A stretch of 64,000 nt of DNA from Escherichia coli (GTDB taxonomy: Bacteria; Pseudomonadota; Gammaproteobacteria; Enterobacterales; Enterobacteriaceae), in NCBI RefSeq assembly GCF_050920415.1, contig NZ_CP169309.1; one strand, written 5' to 3'. Shown piece after piece: positions 10,870 to 21,245 of this stretch. Within the stretch, counting starts at the first letter, position 1; each line of letters opens with the position of its first letter. Made by a program: the position numbers and the translations under genes. The notes beneath the pieces were generated by a model. That model worked only from the letters and a program-made list of their open reading frames with translations. It did not search any database and was not told the DNA's origin.

Positions 10870-12336
10870 TTAAATTTTGAGGGTGTTTAATAGCGCCTGA
10901 TGCGCGCCGAATTGTGCGATTTGTTGCCAGGCTTGTTCGATAGCCTGCACAAAATGCGGGTTATCTGGCAGATCATCACCGAAAACTTCACGCAGAGAAA
11001 GCAGGGCGGTTACGCGTTGTTCACTGCTACTGCCCGCAACAAGTTCGCAAATTTTATCGCTAAGCGGATCGCGAACATCAATGGCATTTCCGGCATCATC
11101 AACGCCGCTGACGTAACGCATCCAGCCTGCAACGCCTAATGCCAGCAACGACCAGTCCGTTTCGCGCGCCAGATGTATGCGAATACCTGCCAGCATACGT
11201 TGCGGTAATTTCTGGCTACCATCCATTGCGATTTGCCAGGTCTTATGTTTCAGCGCCGGGTTAGCAAAACGTGCAATTAACTTATCTGCATATTGTGTTA
11301 AATCGACATCTTTAATTCGCAGTGTCGGCGCTTGCTCATCCAGCATTAATGCTCTGGCGGCATGGCGAAATGCGCGATCCTGCATGCAATCACTGATGTG
11401 CGCGAATCCTGAGAGGTAACCCAGATAAGCGAGAAAAGAGTGGCTGCCATTAAGCATACGCAGTTTCATCTCTTCCCATGGCAGGACATCATTCACCATT
11501 TGTACACCTGCGACTTCCCAGGCAGGACGCCCAGCGACGAAGTTATCTTCCACCACCCACTGGATAAACGGTTCGCAGCTAATCGCGCAGGGATCATTCA
11601 CCCCCAGATTTTGGCTGATTTCCGCCAGTGATTCGTCGGTTGCTGCCGGAACAATACGGTCGACCATGGTTCCCGGAAAACTGACGTGTTCTTTTATCCA
11701 CCCGGCGAGTTCTGGTGAACGTTTTTCCGCCATCCCCTGCACCGCGTTTTTCACCACATGGCCATTGTCGGGAATATTGTCGCAGGAGAGTACGGTAAAC
11801 GGTGCAAGGCCGCGTTCACGGCGTCGTTTCAGTGCTTCGACGAGAATACCCGGCGCGGAGTGAGGTTCTTCAGGATTTTGAAGATCGTGAATAATCCGCG
11901 GATTGCTGGTGTCGAGTGCACCGGTGGCCGGGTCAATACAATAGCCTTTTTCGGTAATCGTCAGGGAAACAATTGCCACCTGTGGCTCGCAAAATTTCTC
12001 AATAATTGCCGCTAAGGAATCCAGTTTTGCATTCAGGCATTCGTGAACGGCACCGACAATTATCGCCTGATTGCCGTCCGCACCTTTCTCCAGCACGGTA
12101 TATAAATGGTTCTGTGCGCGGAGCTGGCTCATCAGTTGATCGCCGCTGAACAAGCTGATCTCACAGATCCCCCAGTCGCCGCCCTGGGCATTCAGCACAC
12201 GATCGGTCAGTAACGCCTGATGTGCGCGGTGAAAGGCTCCGAAGCCAAAATGAACGATACGTGATTGCAACTGCTGGCGATCGTAGCGTGGAGCGTGTAC
12301 CTGAGGCGGGAGCGTAGCGGAGGCGATTGTATTCAT
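10870..12336 (-). CDS. yeiQ: Mannitol dehydrogenase-family oxidoreductase
   Basis: ORF 10870..12345; 488 aa from MNTIASA start; K-12 synteny. Confidence 0.85.
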   Translation of the reverse strand: MNTIASATLPPQVHAPRYDRQQLQSRIVHFGFGAFHRAHQALLTDRVLNAQGGDWGICEISLFSGDQLMSQLRAQNHLYTVLEKGADGNQAIIVGAVHECLNAKLDSLAAIIEKFCEPQVAIVSLTITEKGYCIDPATGALDTSNPRIIHDLQNPEEPHSAPGILVEALKRRRERGLAPFTVLSCDNIPDNGHVVKNAVQGMAEKRSPELAGWIKEHVSFPGTMVDRIVPAATDESLAEISQNLGVNDPCAISCEPFIQWVVEDNFVAGRPAWEVAGVQMVNDVLPWEEMKLRMLNGSHSFLAYLGYLSGFAHISDCMQDRAFRHAARALMLDEQAPTLRIKDVDLTQYADKLIARFANPALKHKTWQIAMDGSQKLPQRMLAGIRIHLARETDWSLLALGVAGWMRYVSGVDDAGNAIDVRDPLSDKICELVAGSSSEQRVTALLSLREVFGDDLPDNPHFVQAIEQAWQQIAQFGAHQALLNTLKI

Positions 12337-12558
12337 AGGAGTCACGTCTTAGTAACGATTGATTAACAATGACAGTGTAAAGTTATATGACAGAAATTGA
12401 AATTGGTCTGGATTGTTAATGCGATGAAGTGTGAGGGCGATCAATGAACTGGTGAATATTACGGGAGAACTATATTCAGGAAGCGCAAAATAGAAGATTG
12501 GTATAATAAATTAAAAAAGGGACAGCCTGAGCTATCCCTTTTCTGCATGCGGCTGAAG

Positions 12559-13131
12559 TTAGTCAGCACGACCCATATAACGGCGTTCTTCGATATGGAT
12601 ACGAATTTTTTCGCCCGGGCTTAAGTATTCTGGTACCTGAATCACCAGACCAGTGCTCAATGTCGCCGGTTTGTTACGGGCGCTGGCAGATGCCCCTTTG
12701 ATGCCTGGTGCGGTTTCAACGATTTCCAGATCAACGGTCTGCGGCAGTTCAAGCGCCAGCAGTTGACCGTCCCAGGTCAGCACCTGCATGTCCGGCATGC
12801 CGCCCTCAGGCATAAACAGCAACTCTTCTTCAATCTGATCTTTGGTGAAGGTATACGGGGTATAGTCTTCTTTATCCATAAAGACATATTCGTTGCCATC
12901 GACATAGGAGAAGTCAACGTAACGGCGGGTCAGCGTCACGGTGTCAACGATATCATCTCCTTTGAAACGCTCTTCTACTTTCAGCCCGGTACGGACATCA
13001 GAAAAACGCATTTTGTACAGCGTAGCGGCACCGCGGGCAGTGGGCGACTGAATATCAATATCCTTAACCAGCAGCAGTTTGCCGTTGTAATTCAGTACCA
13101 TACCTTTTTTAATTTCGTTCGCTCTTGGCAT
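12559..13131 (-). CDS. yeiP: Elongation factor P-like protein
   Basis: ORF track gives 275 aa but EF-P-like protein starts at [15 protein letters not shown] (ATG 13129-13131), giving 190 aa. Confidence 0.9.
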
Positions 13132-13285
13132 CGAAAAATTCCTGTAGTCGAAAATGTCAAAAATATCGCGACAAAGTACTCGCGACGGGCCTTTCGGGCA
13201 AGTGGTATTCGCACTTTTGCTGGTGCAAAAAAGGTGGTACTGTGCGCGCTCATCAATCCGGTGGTTAACCTTAAGAGAACAACGT

Positions 13286-13540
13286 ATGGAATGCCGTCCG
13301 GGTTGCGGGGCGTGTTGCACAGCCCCTTCAATTTCCAGCCCTATTCCCGGTATGCCAGATGGCAAGCCCGCCAATACGCCCTGCATTCAGCTAGATGAGT
13401 ATCAGCGCTGTAAAATTTTCACCTCGCCACTACGACCGAAAGTCTGTGCAGGGTTACAAGCCAGCGCTGAAATGTGCGGTAACTCGCGTCAGCAGGCAAT
13501 GACCTGGCTTATCGATCTGGAAATGCTGACCGCGCCTTAA
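13286..13540 (+). CDS. yeiW: Small Cys-rich protein YeiW (84 aa)
   Basis: Internal ATG at 13286 gives [14 protein letters not shown]...; ORF track start 13154 is an upstream extension. Confidence 0.75.
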
Positions 13541-14718
13541 ACATCTTTAATCCGCAGTAAGCAAAACAGAGTGGCGATAATCATCACCATCGCAAACCAG
13601 AACACAGCGTGATAATTCCAGATCTCGGCGACGATGCCCGCCACAGATCCTGCGATGATCCAGCCCACGCGCGACGTGTTGGTATAGAGCGTGGTGGCTG
13701 AACCTGCCTGACCGGGCATCAAATCCTGAAAATAGAGCATCCCGATGCCACCCAGAATGCCAATAAAAATAGCATTTAGCAGCTGCAAGCCCAACAGAAT
13801 GACAGGTGAATGCGCCATCAGCATTCCTGCGTAAAAACAGACGCCACCCACGGCAGCAACGCGCATTAAGAAACGCTTACCCAGACGTTTGGCGAAATAT
13901 CCGGCAATCAACATGGTCGGGATTTCCAGCCCGGCGGCGGTCCCCATCATCACGCCTGCCAGTTTCTCGGGAAGATGCAGTTCGTTGATAATAAATAGCG
14001 GCATGTTGATAATGTACAGGCTGTTCGAGCCCCACATCAATGTACAAATGACAAACAGCAGCAGCGTATCGCGACGGTTACGGCGCGGCGCTTCAACCGT
14101 GCCGGTCGCCAGCGGAAGCTCTTTTTGCATCGACGGTAAAAACAGCCACACCATCACGCCGCAAACAATAAACGCTACCGCTGCGCTCAGATACATTACC
14201 GTAAAGCTGAAACCCATCGCTAAGGCATAAGCCAGCGGCGGGCCAATGACCCATGCCAGTGAAACCTGAGCGCGTAAAAAAGAGCTGAACATCACCGCCT
14301 CACGTCCGGTTTTGTCGGCATGTTCACGTGCAAGGGCAAACATTTGCGGGTTAGCGGTCGAGCCAAAGCTGCTAAGAAAGACGCCAACGAATAGCAAAAC
14401 AAAGTAGTTGCGATTCCAGGCAAAAAGGGTGCAGGCCAGCACGCCTAACAGGCAGCAAAAGACAATCAGCGATTTGCGATCGCCGCGCTTATCAGAGCGC
14501 CCGGCGAGAAACTGACTGACCAGAATCCCAATGACAGCGCTGCCGGTAAAGAAGAATCCCACCATCGCCGGACGGGCATGTACTTCATCGGTAAGGAAAA
14601 TACTGAGTGTCGGGGTTTGCAGAGCGCCCGCAATACCGGTGAGAAAGGCAACGATTAAAAACGCCGTCGAGGTCAGGTCAAACGATTTCGCGCTGGAGAC
14701 TGCGGGGGAGTTATGCAT
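13537..14718 (-). CDS. setB: Sugar efflux transporter B (MFS)
   Basis: 393 aa 12-TM ORF divergent from fruB; K-12 synteny. Confidence 0.9.
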   Translation of the reverse strand: MHNSPAVSSAKSFDLTSTAFLIVAFLTGIAGALQTPTLSIFLTDEVHARPAMVGFFFTGSAVIGILVSQFLAGRSDKRGDRKSLIVFCCLLGVLACTLFAWNRNYFVLLFVGVFLSSFGSTANPQMFALAREHADKTGREAVMFSSFLRAQVSLAWVIGPPLAYALAMGFSFTVMYLSAAVAFIVCGVMVWLFLPSMQKELPLATGTVEAPRRNRRDTLLLFVICTLMWGSNSLYIINMPLFIINELHLPEKLAGVMMGTAAGLEIPTMLIAGYFAKRLGKRFLMRVAAVGGVCFYAGMLMAHSPVILLGLQLLNAIFIGILGGIGMLYFQDLMPGQAGSATTLYTNTSRVGWIIAGSVAGIVAEIWNYHAVFWFAMVMIIATLFCLLRIKDV

Positions 14719-14959
14719 GCTGGTCGATCACTGGAAGAGGAAGACGCGGAGTTTACGCTGCTTGTTAGAAAATAAACAGACAGCGAAATCAAAAGCGCCA
14801 CGAATAATCAAAATGCCATTTCACTGTTGCTGATTGGCTGCTGACGCTGCTGAAATGAAATTGCTGATAACGGATTTTCCCATCAGCAATTAGGAAAAAT
14901 GACAAAAAATTGTGCAGCACATCAAACTTTTGCTCATTACTTTACGGCTTTCCTTGCGT

Positions 14960-15000
14960 GCTGAAACAGAAGTATTATGCTTTCTTGAAACGTTTCAGCG
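14960..15000. promoter_or_regulatory. Cra (FruR) operator(s) of the fruBKA promoter
   Basis: Palindrome TGAAACGTTTCA at 14986-14997 and half-site GCTGAAAC at 14960, about 90-120 bp upstream of fruB. Confidence 0.75.
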
Positions 15001-15085
15001 CGATCTTGTCTTTAACCCTAAGCCAGGTTGGCGCTTTTTTTCTCATAGAAGCTGAATCGTTTCAATTCAGCAAGAGAGGAGAACT

Positions 15086-16216
15086 ATGTTCCAGTTATCC
15101 GTACAGGACATCCATCCGGGCGAAAAGGCCGGAGACAAAGAAGAGGCGATTCGCCAGGTCGCTGCGGCGCTGGTGCAGGCCGGTAATGTAGCTGAAGGCT
15201 ACGTCAATGGCATGCTGGCGCGCGAACAGCAAACCTCTACGTTCCTCGGCAATGGTATTGCTATTCCACACGGCACTACCGACACCCGCGATCAGGTGCT
15301 GAAAACCGGCGTTCAGGTATTTCAGTTCCCGGAAGGCGTCACCTGGGGTGACGGCCAGGTAGCGTACGTGGCGATCGGTATTGCTGCCAGCTCGGATGAA
15401 CATCTGGGTCTGTTACGCCAGCTGACCCACGTACTGAGCGATGATTCCGTTGCTGAACAGCTGAAGTCAGCAACGACAGCAGAAGAACTTCGCGCATTGC
15501 TGATGGGCGAAAAGCAGAGTGAGCAGCTGAAGCTCGATAACGAAATGCTGACGCTGGATATTGTCGCCAGCGATCTGCTGACGCTTCAGGCGCTTAACGC
15601 TGCGCGTCTGAAAGAAGCAGGGGCAGTTGACGCCACCTTCGTCACTAAAGCCATCAATGAACAACCGCTGAACCTCGGACAGGGCATCTGGCTGAGCGAT
15701 AGCGCTGAAGGCAATTTGCGTAGCGCGATTGCGGTAAGCCGTGCGGCAAATGCTTTTGATGTGGACGGCGAAACGGCAGCCATGCTGGTGAGTGTGGCGA
15801 TGAATGACGATCAGCCCGTCGCGGTTCTTAAGCGTCTCGCTGATTTGTTGCTCGACAATAAAGCTGACCGTTTGCTGAAAGCGGATGCGGCAACGTTGCT
15901 GGCGCTGCTGACCAGCGATGATGCGCCGACCGACGACGTGTTAAGCGCGGAGTTTGTGGTGCGCAATGAACACGGCCTGCATGCTCGTCCAGGTACCATG
16001 CTGGTCAATACTATTAAACAATTTAACAGTGATATTACCGTGACAAACCTTGATGGCACCGGCAAACCGGCAAACGGACGTAGTCTGATGAAAGTTGTGG
16101 CACTTGGCGTTAAGAAAGGTCATCGCCTACGCTTTACCGCCCAGGGGGCAGATGCTGAGCAGGCGCTGAAAGCCATTGGCGACGCTATCGCTGCTGGTCT
16201 TGGGGAGGGCGCATAA
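15086..16216 (+). CDS. fruB: Fructose PTS multiphosphoryl transfer protein (EIIA-FPr)
   Basis: 376 aa; C-terminal HPr-like domain; operon with fruK and fruA. Confidence 0.95.
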   Translation: MFQLSVQDIHPGEKAGDKEEAIRQVAAALVQAGNVAEGYVNGMLAREQQTSTFLGNGIAIPHGTTDTRDQVLKTGVQVFQFPEGVTWGDGQVAYVAIGIAASSDEHLGLLRQLTHVLSDDSVAEQLKSATTAEELRALLMGEKQSEQLKLDNEMLTLDIVASDLLTLQALNAARLKEAGAVDATFVTKAINEQPLNLGQGIWLSDSAEGNLRSAIAVSRAANAFDVDGETAAMLVSVAMNDDQPVAVLKRLADLLLDNKADRLLKADAATLLALLTSDDAPTDDVLSAEFVVRNEHGLHARPGTMLVNTIKQFNSDITVTNLDGTGKPANGRSLMKVVALGVKKGHRLRFTAQGADAEQALKAIGDAIAAGLGEGA

Positions 16217-17154
16217 TGAGCAGACGTGTTGCTACTATCACCCTTAATCCGGCTTATGACCTTGTTGGTTTCTGCCCGGAAATTGAACGCGGCGAAGTGA
16301 ACCTGGTGAAAACCACCGGTCTGCATGCGGCGGGTAAAGGCATCAACGTGGCCAAAGTATTAAAAGACCTGGGGATTGATGTCACCGTTGGCGGCTTCCT
16401 CGGTAAAGACAATCAGGATGGTTTTCAGCAACTGTTCAGCGAGCTGGGCATTGCCAACCGTTTCCAGGTTGTACAGGGGCGCACCCGAATTAACGTTAAG
16501 CTGACGGAAAAAGACGGCGAAGTGACCGACTTCAACTTCTCGGGTTTTGAAGTTACCCCCGCCGACTGGGAACGCTTTGTGACTGATTCTCTGAGCTGGC
16601 TCGGTCAGTTCGATATGGTCTGTGTCAGCGGAAGCTTACCGTCAGGCGTCAGCCCGGAAGCGTTCACCGACTGGATGACTCGCCTGCGTAGTCAGTGTCC
16701 TTGCATTATCTTTGATAGTAGCCGTGAAGCGTTAGTGGCAGGTTTGAAAGCGGCACCGTGGCTGGTGAAACCTAACCGCCGCGAGCTGGAAATCTGGGCG
16801 GGCCGTAAACTGCCTGAAATGAAAGATGTGATTGAAGCTGCGCATGCGCTGCGTGAACAAGGTATCGCGCATGTCGTTATTTCACTGGGTGCCGAAGGCG
16901 CGCTTTGGGTTAATGCCTCCGGCGAATGGATCGCCAAACCACCGTCAGTCGATGTCGTAAGCACCGTTGGCGCAGGGGATTCTATGGTTGGTGGCCTGAT
17001 TTATGGCTTGCTGATGCGTGAATCCAGTGAACACACACTGCGTCTGGCGACAGCTGTTGCAGCCCTGGCGGTAAGTCAAAGCAATGTGGGTATTACCGAT
17101 CGTCCGCAGTTGGCCGCAATGATGGCGCGCGTCGACTTACAACCTTTTAACTGA
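16216..17154 (+). CDS. fruK: 1-phosphofructokinase
   Basis: 312 aa PfkB-family kinase; start overlaps fruB stop. Confidence 0.95.
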   Translation: MSRRVATITLNPAYDLVGFCPEIERGEVNLVKTTGLHAAGKGINVAKVLKDLGIDVTVGGFLGKDNQDGFQQLFSELGIANRFQVVQGRTRINVKLTEKDGEVTDFNFSGFEVTPADWERFVTDSLSWLGQFDMVCVSGSLPSGVSPEAFTDWMTRLRSQCPCIIFDSSREALVAGLKAAPWLVKPNRRELEIWAGRKLPEMKDVIEAAHALREQGIAHVVISLGAEGALWVNASGEWIAKPPSVDVVSTVGAGDSMVGGLIYGLLMRESSEHTLRLATAVAALAVSQSNVGITDRPQLAAMMARVDLQPFN

Positions 17155-17170
17155 CAGCAGGAGAGGCATA

Positions 17171-18862
17171 ATGAAAACGCTGCTGATTATTGACGCTAAT
17201 CTCGGTCAGGCACGCGCCTATATGGCGAAGACCCTGCTGGGCGCGGCGGCGCGAAAAGCAAAACTGGAAATCATCGACAATCCGAACGACGCTGAAATGG
17301 CGATTGTTCTCGGTGATTCCATCCCGAACGACAGCGCGCTGAACGGTAAAAATGTCTGGCTGGGCGATATTTCCCGGGCAGTTGCGCACCCTGAGCTGTT
17401 CCTGAGTGAAGCCAAAGGCCATGCGAAACCTTACACTGCACCGGTCGCTGCGACAGCACCAGTTGCCACCAGCGGTCCGAAACGCGTAGTTGCGGTGACA
17501 GCTTGCCCGACTGGCGTAGCACACACATTTATGGCGGCTGAAGCCATTGAAACCGAAGCGAAAAAACGTGGCTGGTGGGTGAAAGTTGAAACCCGTGGTT
17601 CTGTTGGCGCGGGTAATGCGATCACCCCTGAAGAAGTAGCCGCAGCGGATCTGGTGATTGTGGCGGCAGATATCGAAGTGGATCTGGCGAAATTTGCTGG
17701 TAAACCGATGTATCGCACCTCTACCGGTCTGGCGCTGAAGAAAACCGCGCAGGAACTGGATAAAGCGGTTGCTGAAGCAACGCCGTATGAACCGGCGGGC
17801 AAAGCTCAAACAGCGACCACTGAAGGTAAGAAAGAGGGTGCAGGCGCTTACCGTCACTTGCTGACGGGCGTCTCTTACATGCTGCCGATGGTCGTTGCAG
17901 GTGGTCTGTGTATCGCGCTTTCTTTTGCTTTTGGTATCGAAGCGTTTAAAGAGCCGGGTACGTTGGCAGCGGCGCTGATGCAGATTGGTGGTGGTTCAGC
18001 CTTTGCGCTGATGGTGCCGGTACTGGCAGGTTACATTGCCTTCTCCATTGCCGATCGTCCGGGTCTCACGCCGGGTCTGATTGGCGGTATGCTGGCGGTC
18101 AGCACCGGTTCTGGCTTCATTGGGGGTATTATTGCGGGCTTCCTGGCTGGTTACATTGCGAAGTTAATCAGTACGCAACTGAAACTGCCACAGAGTATGG
18201 AGGCGCTGAAACCGATCCTGATCATTCCGCTAATTTCCAGTCTGGTGGTCGGTCTGGCGATGATCTACCTGATCGGTAAACCGGTTGCTGGCATTCTCGA
18301 AGGGTTGACTCACTGGCTGCAGACCATGGGGACTGCGAATGCGGTTCTGCTGGGGGCGATCCTCGGTGGCATGATGTGTACTGACATGGGCGGTCCGGTA
18401 AATAAAGCAGCGTACGCATTCGGTGTGGGTCTGCTGAGTACTCAAACCTATGGTCCGATGGCGGCGATTATGGCGGCAGGTATGGTGCCACCGCTGGCAA
18501 TGGGTCTGGCAACAATGGTGGCGCGTCGCAAATTCGACAAAGCGCAGCAGGAAGGTGGCAAAGCCGCTCTGGTTCTTGGTCTGTGCTTTATTTCGGAAGG
18601 TGCAATTCCGTTTGCTGCTCGTGATCCGATGCGTGTGCTGCCGTGTTGTATCGTTGGTGGGGCGCTGACTGGCGCAATCTCAATGGCGATTGGTGCGAAA
18701 CTGATGGCACCGCACGGTGGTCTGTTTGTTCTGCTGATCCCTGGCGCTATTACGCCGGTACTGGGTTACCTGGTAGCAATTATTGCCGGTACGCTGGTGG
18801 CGGGTTTGGCCTATGCCTTCCTGAAACGTCCGGAAGTGGACGCAGTAGCGAAAGCAGCGTAA
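17171..18862 (+). CDS. fruA: Fructose PTS EIIB'BC component
   Basis: 563 aa; N-terminal IIB-like domains and C-terminal multi-TM IIC. Confidence 0.95.
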   Translation: MKTLLIIDANLGQARAYMAKTLLGAAARKAKLEIIDNPNDAEMAIVLGDSIPNDSALNGKNVWLGDISRAVAHPELFLSEAKGHAKPYTAPVAATAPVATSGPKRVVAVTACPTGVAHTFMAAEAIETEAKKRGWWVKVETRGSVGAGNAITPEEVAAADLVIVAADIEVDLAKFAGKPMYRTSTGLALKKTAQELDKAVAEATPYEPAGKAQTATTEGKKEGAGAYRHLLTGVSYMLPMVVAGGLCIALSFAFGIEAFKEPGTLAAALMQIGGGSAFALMVPVLAGYIAFSIADRPGLTPGLIGGMLAVSTGSGFIGGIIAGFLAGYIAKLISTQLKLPQSMEALKPILIIPLISSLVVGLAMIYLIGKPVAGILEGLTHWLQTMGTANAVLLGAILGGMMCTDMGGPVNKAAYAFGVGLLSTQTYGPMAAIMAAGMVPPLAMGLATMVARRKFDKAQQEGGKAALVLGLCFISEGAIPFAARDPMRVLPCCIVGGALTGAISMAIGAKLMAPHGGLFVLLIPGAITPVLGYLVAIIAGTLVAGLAYAFLKRPEVDAVAKAA

Positions 18863-18873
18863 TAAAAGGTGTG

Positions 18874-18902
18874 TTACAGGGCAGAAATTTCCTGCCCTGT
18901 AA
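18874..18902 (+). terminator. Hairpin immediately after fruA
   Basis: Inverted repeat ttacagggcag...ctgccctgtaa 12 bp after the stop; no clear T-tract. Confidence 0.45.
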
Positions 18903-19017
18903 CATTTGATGAGCGCAAAGGGAATGACCAGTTTGTGAATGTAATTTTATGAATTTAAATGGTTTTATCTTTCAGTAGAAACCTGAAATGTTCATCAAAC
19001 ACTAAGGTTATTTCCTC

Positions 19018-19045
19018 AAGGGCAGATTATTTCTGCCCTTTTTTA
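19018..19045 (+). terminator. Canonical intrinsic terminator
   Basis: gggcaga-ttattt-ctgccc stem-loop followed by TTTTTT. Confidence 0.6.
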
Positions 19046-19284
19046 GTGTTCCTGTTCTGTGCATCCCGTCACAAATTCCTCACTTTTGTAATTCAGGCAT
19101 TTAATCGCATTTTGTGAGCCTGCTCAAATCTGCCCATTTTGCCTCTCTGGCGGCAATTTACTTTACGTAAAACATGCATACTATGAGCACATGTTTAAAT
19201 ATGAACACATGTTTAAACCGTCTTTGCAGTATCTATATTCTTGTGGATTGACAGGGTTGGTAATTTTTTACCAGAGGACGTGCT

Positions 19285-20226
19285 ATGCGCGAAAAGGATT
19301 ATGTCGTAATTATAGGCTCGGCGAATATTGATGTCGCCGGATATTCACATGAATCATTAAATTATGCGGATTCAAATCCAGGTAAAATAAAATTTACGCC
19401 TGGTGGGGTAGGGCGCAATATTGCACAAAACCTGGCGTTGCTGGGTAATAAAGCCTGGCTACTGAGCGCCGTAGGCAGTGATTTTTATGGTCAATCGCTG
19501 CTAACGCAAACTAATCAATCTGGCGTTTATGTCGATAAATGCCTGATTGTGCCGGGAGAAAATACGTCGAGCTATTTATCATTACTCGATAATACCGGTG
19601 AAATGCTGGTTGCTATAAATGACATGAATATTAGCAACGCTATTACAGCTGAATATCTCGCACAGCACCGTGAATTTATTCAGAGGGCAAAGGTCATTGT
19701 CGCGGACTGTAATATCAGTGAAGAGGCACTGGCATGGATTCTGGATAATGCCGCCAACGTACCCGTATTTGTCGATCCTGTTTCTGCGTGGAAATGTGTC
19801 AAAGTGCGCGACCGTCTAAATCTGATCCACACTCTCAAGCCAAACCGCCTTGAAGCGGAAACCCTGAGTGGGATTGCGTTGTCAGGGCGTGAAGATGTGG
19901 AAAAGGTTGCCGCCTGGTTCCATCAACATGGCCTGAACCGACTGGTATTGAGCATGGGCGGCGACGGCGTTTATTACAGTGATATTAGCGGTGAAAGTGG
20001 TTGGTCTGCGCCGATTAAAACCAATGTCATTAATGTTACCGGAGCGGGCGATGCCATGATGGCGGGACTTGCTTCGTGTTGGGTAGACGGAATGCCGTTT
20101 GCCGAATCTGTTCGTTTCGCACAGGGATGTTCGTCAATGGCGCTCTCCTGTGAATACACCAATAACCCCGATTTATCGATTGCCAACGTTATATCGTTAG
20201 TGGAGAACGCAGAATGTCTGAATTAA
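19285..20226 (+). CDS. psuK: Pseudouridine kinase (PfkB family)
   Basis: 313 aa; ATG at 19285; overlaps psuG by 13 nt. Confidence 0.9.
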   Translation: MREKDYVVIIGSANIDVAGYSHESLNYADSNPGKIKFTPGGVGRNIAQNLALLGNKAWLLSAVGSDFYGQSLLTQTNQSGVYVDKCLIVPGENTSSYLSLLDNTGEMLVAINDMNISNAITAEYLAQHREFIQRAKVIVADCNISEEALAWILDNAANVPVFVDPVSAWKCVKVRDRLNLIHTLKPNRLEAETLSGIALSGREDVEKVAAWFHQHGLNRLVLSMGGDGVYYSDISGESGWSAPIKTNVINVTGAGDAMMAGLASCWVDGMPFAESVRFAQGCSSMALSCEYTNNPDLSIANVISLVENAECLN

Positions 20227-21152
20227 AAATTTCCCCTGAATTATTACAAATTTCCCCGGAAGTGCAGGACGCTTTAAAAAACAAAAAACCGGTTGTGGCA
20301 CTGGAATCGACCATTATTTCTCACGGGATGCCGTTCCCGCAAAATGCTGAGACGGCAATTGAAGTAGAAGACACAATTCGTAAGCACGGTGCTGTACCTG
20401 CAACAATCGCCATTATTGGTGGTGTCATGAAAGTAGGTTTGAGCAAAGAAGAAATTGAATTGTTAGGCCGTGAAGGACATAACGTGACGAAAGTCAGTCG
20501 CCGTGATTTACCTTTTGTCGTTGCCACAGGAAAAAATGGCGCGACCACCGTTGCTTCAACGATGATTATCGCGGCACTGGCAGGAATTAAAGTATTTGCA
20601 ACGGGGGGTATTGGTGGTGTACATCGCGGTGCGGAACATACATTCGATATTTCTGCCGATTTACAGGAACTGGCAAATACTAATGTCACCGTTGTTTGTG
20701 CCGGTGCAAAATCTATTCTCGATTTAGGATTAACAACAGAATATTTAGAAACCTTCGGTGTACCGTTAATTGGCTATCAGACAAAAGCGCTGCCTGCGTT
20801 TTTCTGCCGTACCAGCCCATTTGAAGTCAGTATTCGCCTTGATAGTGCCACGGAAATCGCTCGTGCAATGGCAGTGAAATGGCAAACCGGTTTGAACGGC
20901 GGCCTGGTAGTGGCGAATCCGATCCCGGAGCAGTTTGCGATGCCGGAGGAATCTATCAATGCAGCCATAGATCAAGCTGTCGCCGAAGCCGAAGAGCAGG
21001 GCGTTATTGGTAAAGAAAGTACACCGTTCCTGCTGGCTCGTGTTGCTGAACTGACCGGTGGTGACAGCCTGAAATCCAACATCCAACTGGTGTTCAACAA
21101 CGCCATTCTGGCGAGCGAAATTGCCAAAGAATACCAGCGTCTCGCGGGTTAA
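20214..21152 (+). CDS. psuG: Pseudouridine-5'-phosphate glycosidase
   Basis: 312 aa; operon with psuK and psuT. Confidence 0.9.
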   Translation: MSELKISPELLQISPEVQDALKNKKPVVALESTIISHGMPFPQNAETAIEVEDTIRKHGAVPATIAIIGGVMKVGLSKEEIELLGREGHNVTKVSRRDLPFVVATGKNGATTVASTMIIAALAGIKVFATGGIGGVHRGAEHTFDISADLQELANTNVTVVCAGAKSILDLGLTTEYLETFGVPLIGYQTKALPAFFCRTSPFEVSIRLDSATEIARAMAVKWQTGLNGGLVVANPIPEQFAMPEESINAAIDQAVAEAEEQGVIGKESTPFLLARVAELTGGDSLKSNIQLVFNNAILASEIAKEYQRLAG

Positions 21153-21245
21153 TTTCTGACGGGCAGAAAGCCGTCGCCCGTACTGATCATACATACCAAA
21201 ACCTGGCGCTAGCGCCGGGTTTACTGGCATGAAAGGAAAATCATT

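Noticed and set aside
12763-13398. 211-aa plus-strand ORF overlapping yeiP
   Set aside because: Antisense to the EF-P-like gene; the real plus-strand gene here is the short yeiW starting at 13286.
17147-17857. 236-aa minus-strand ORF overlapping fruK/fruA
   Set aside because: Lies antisense inside two well-supported genes with an Arg/Cys-rich low-complexity translation; typical shadow ORF.
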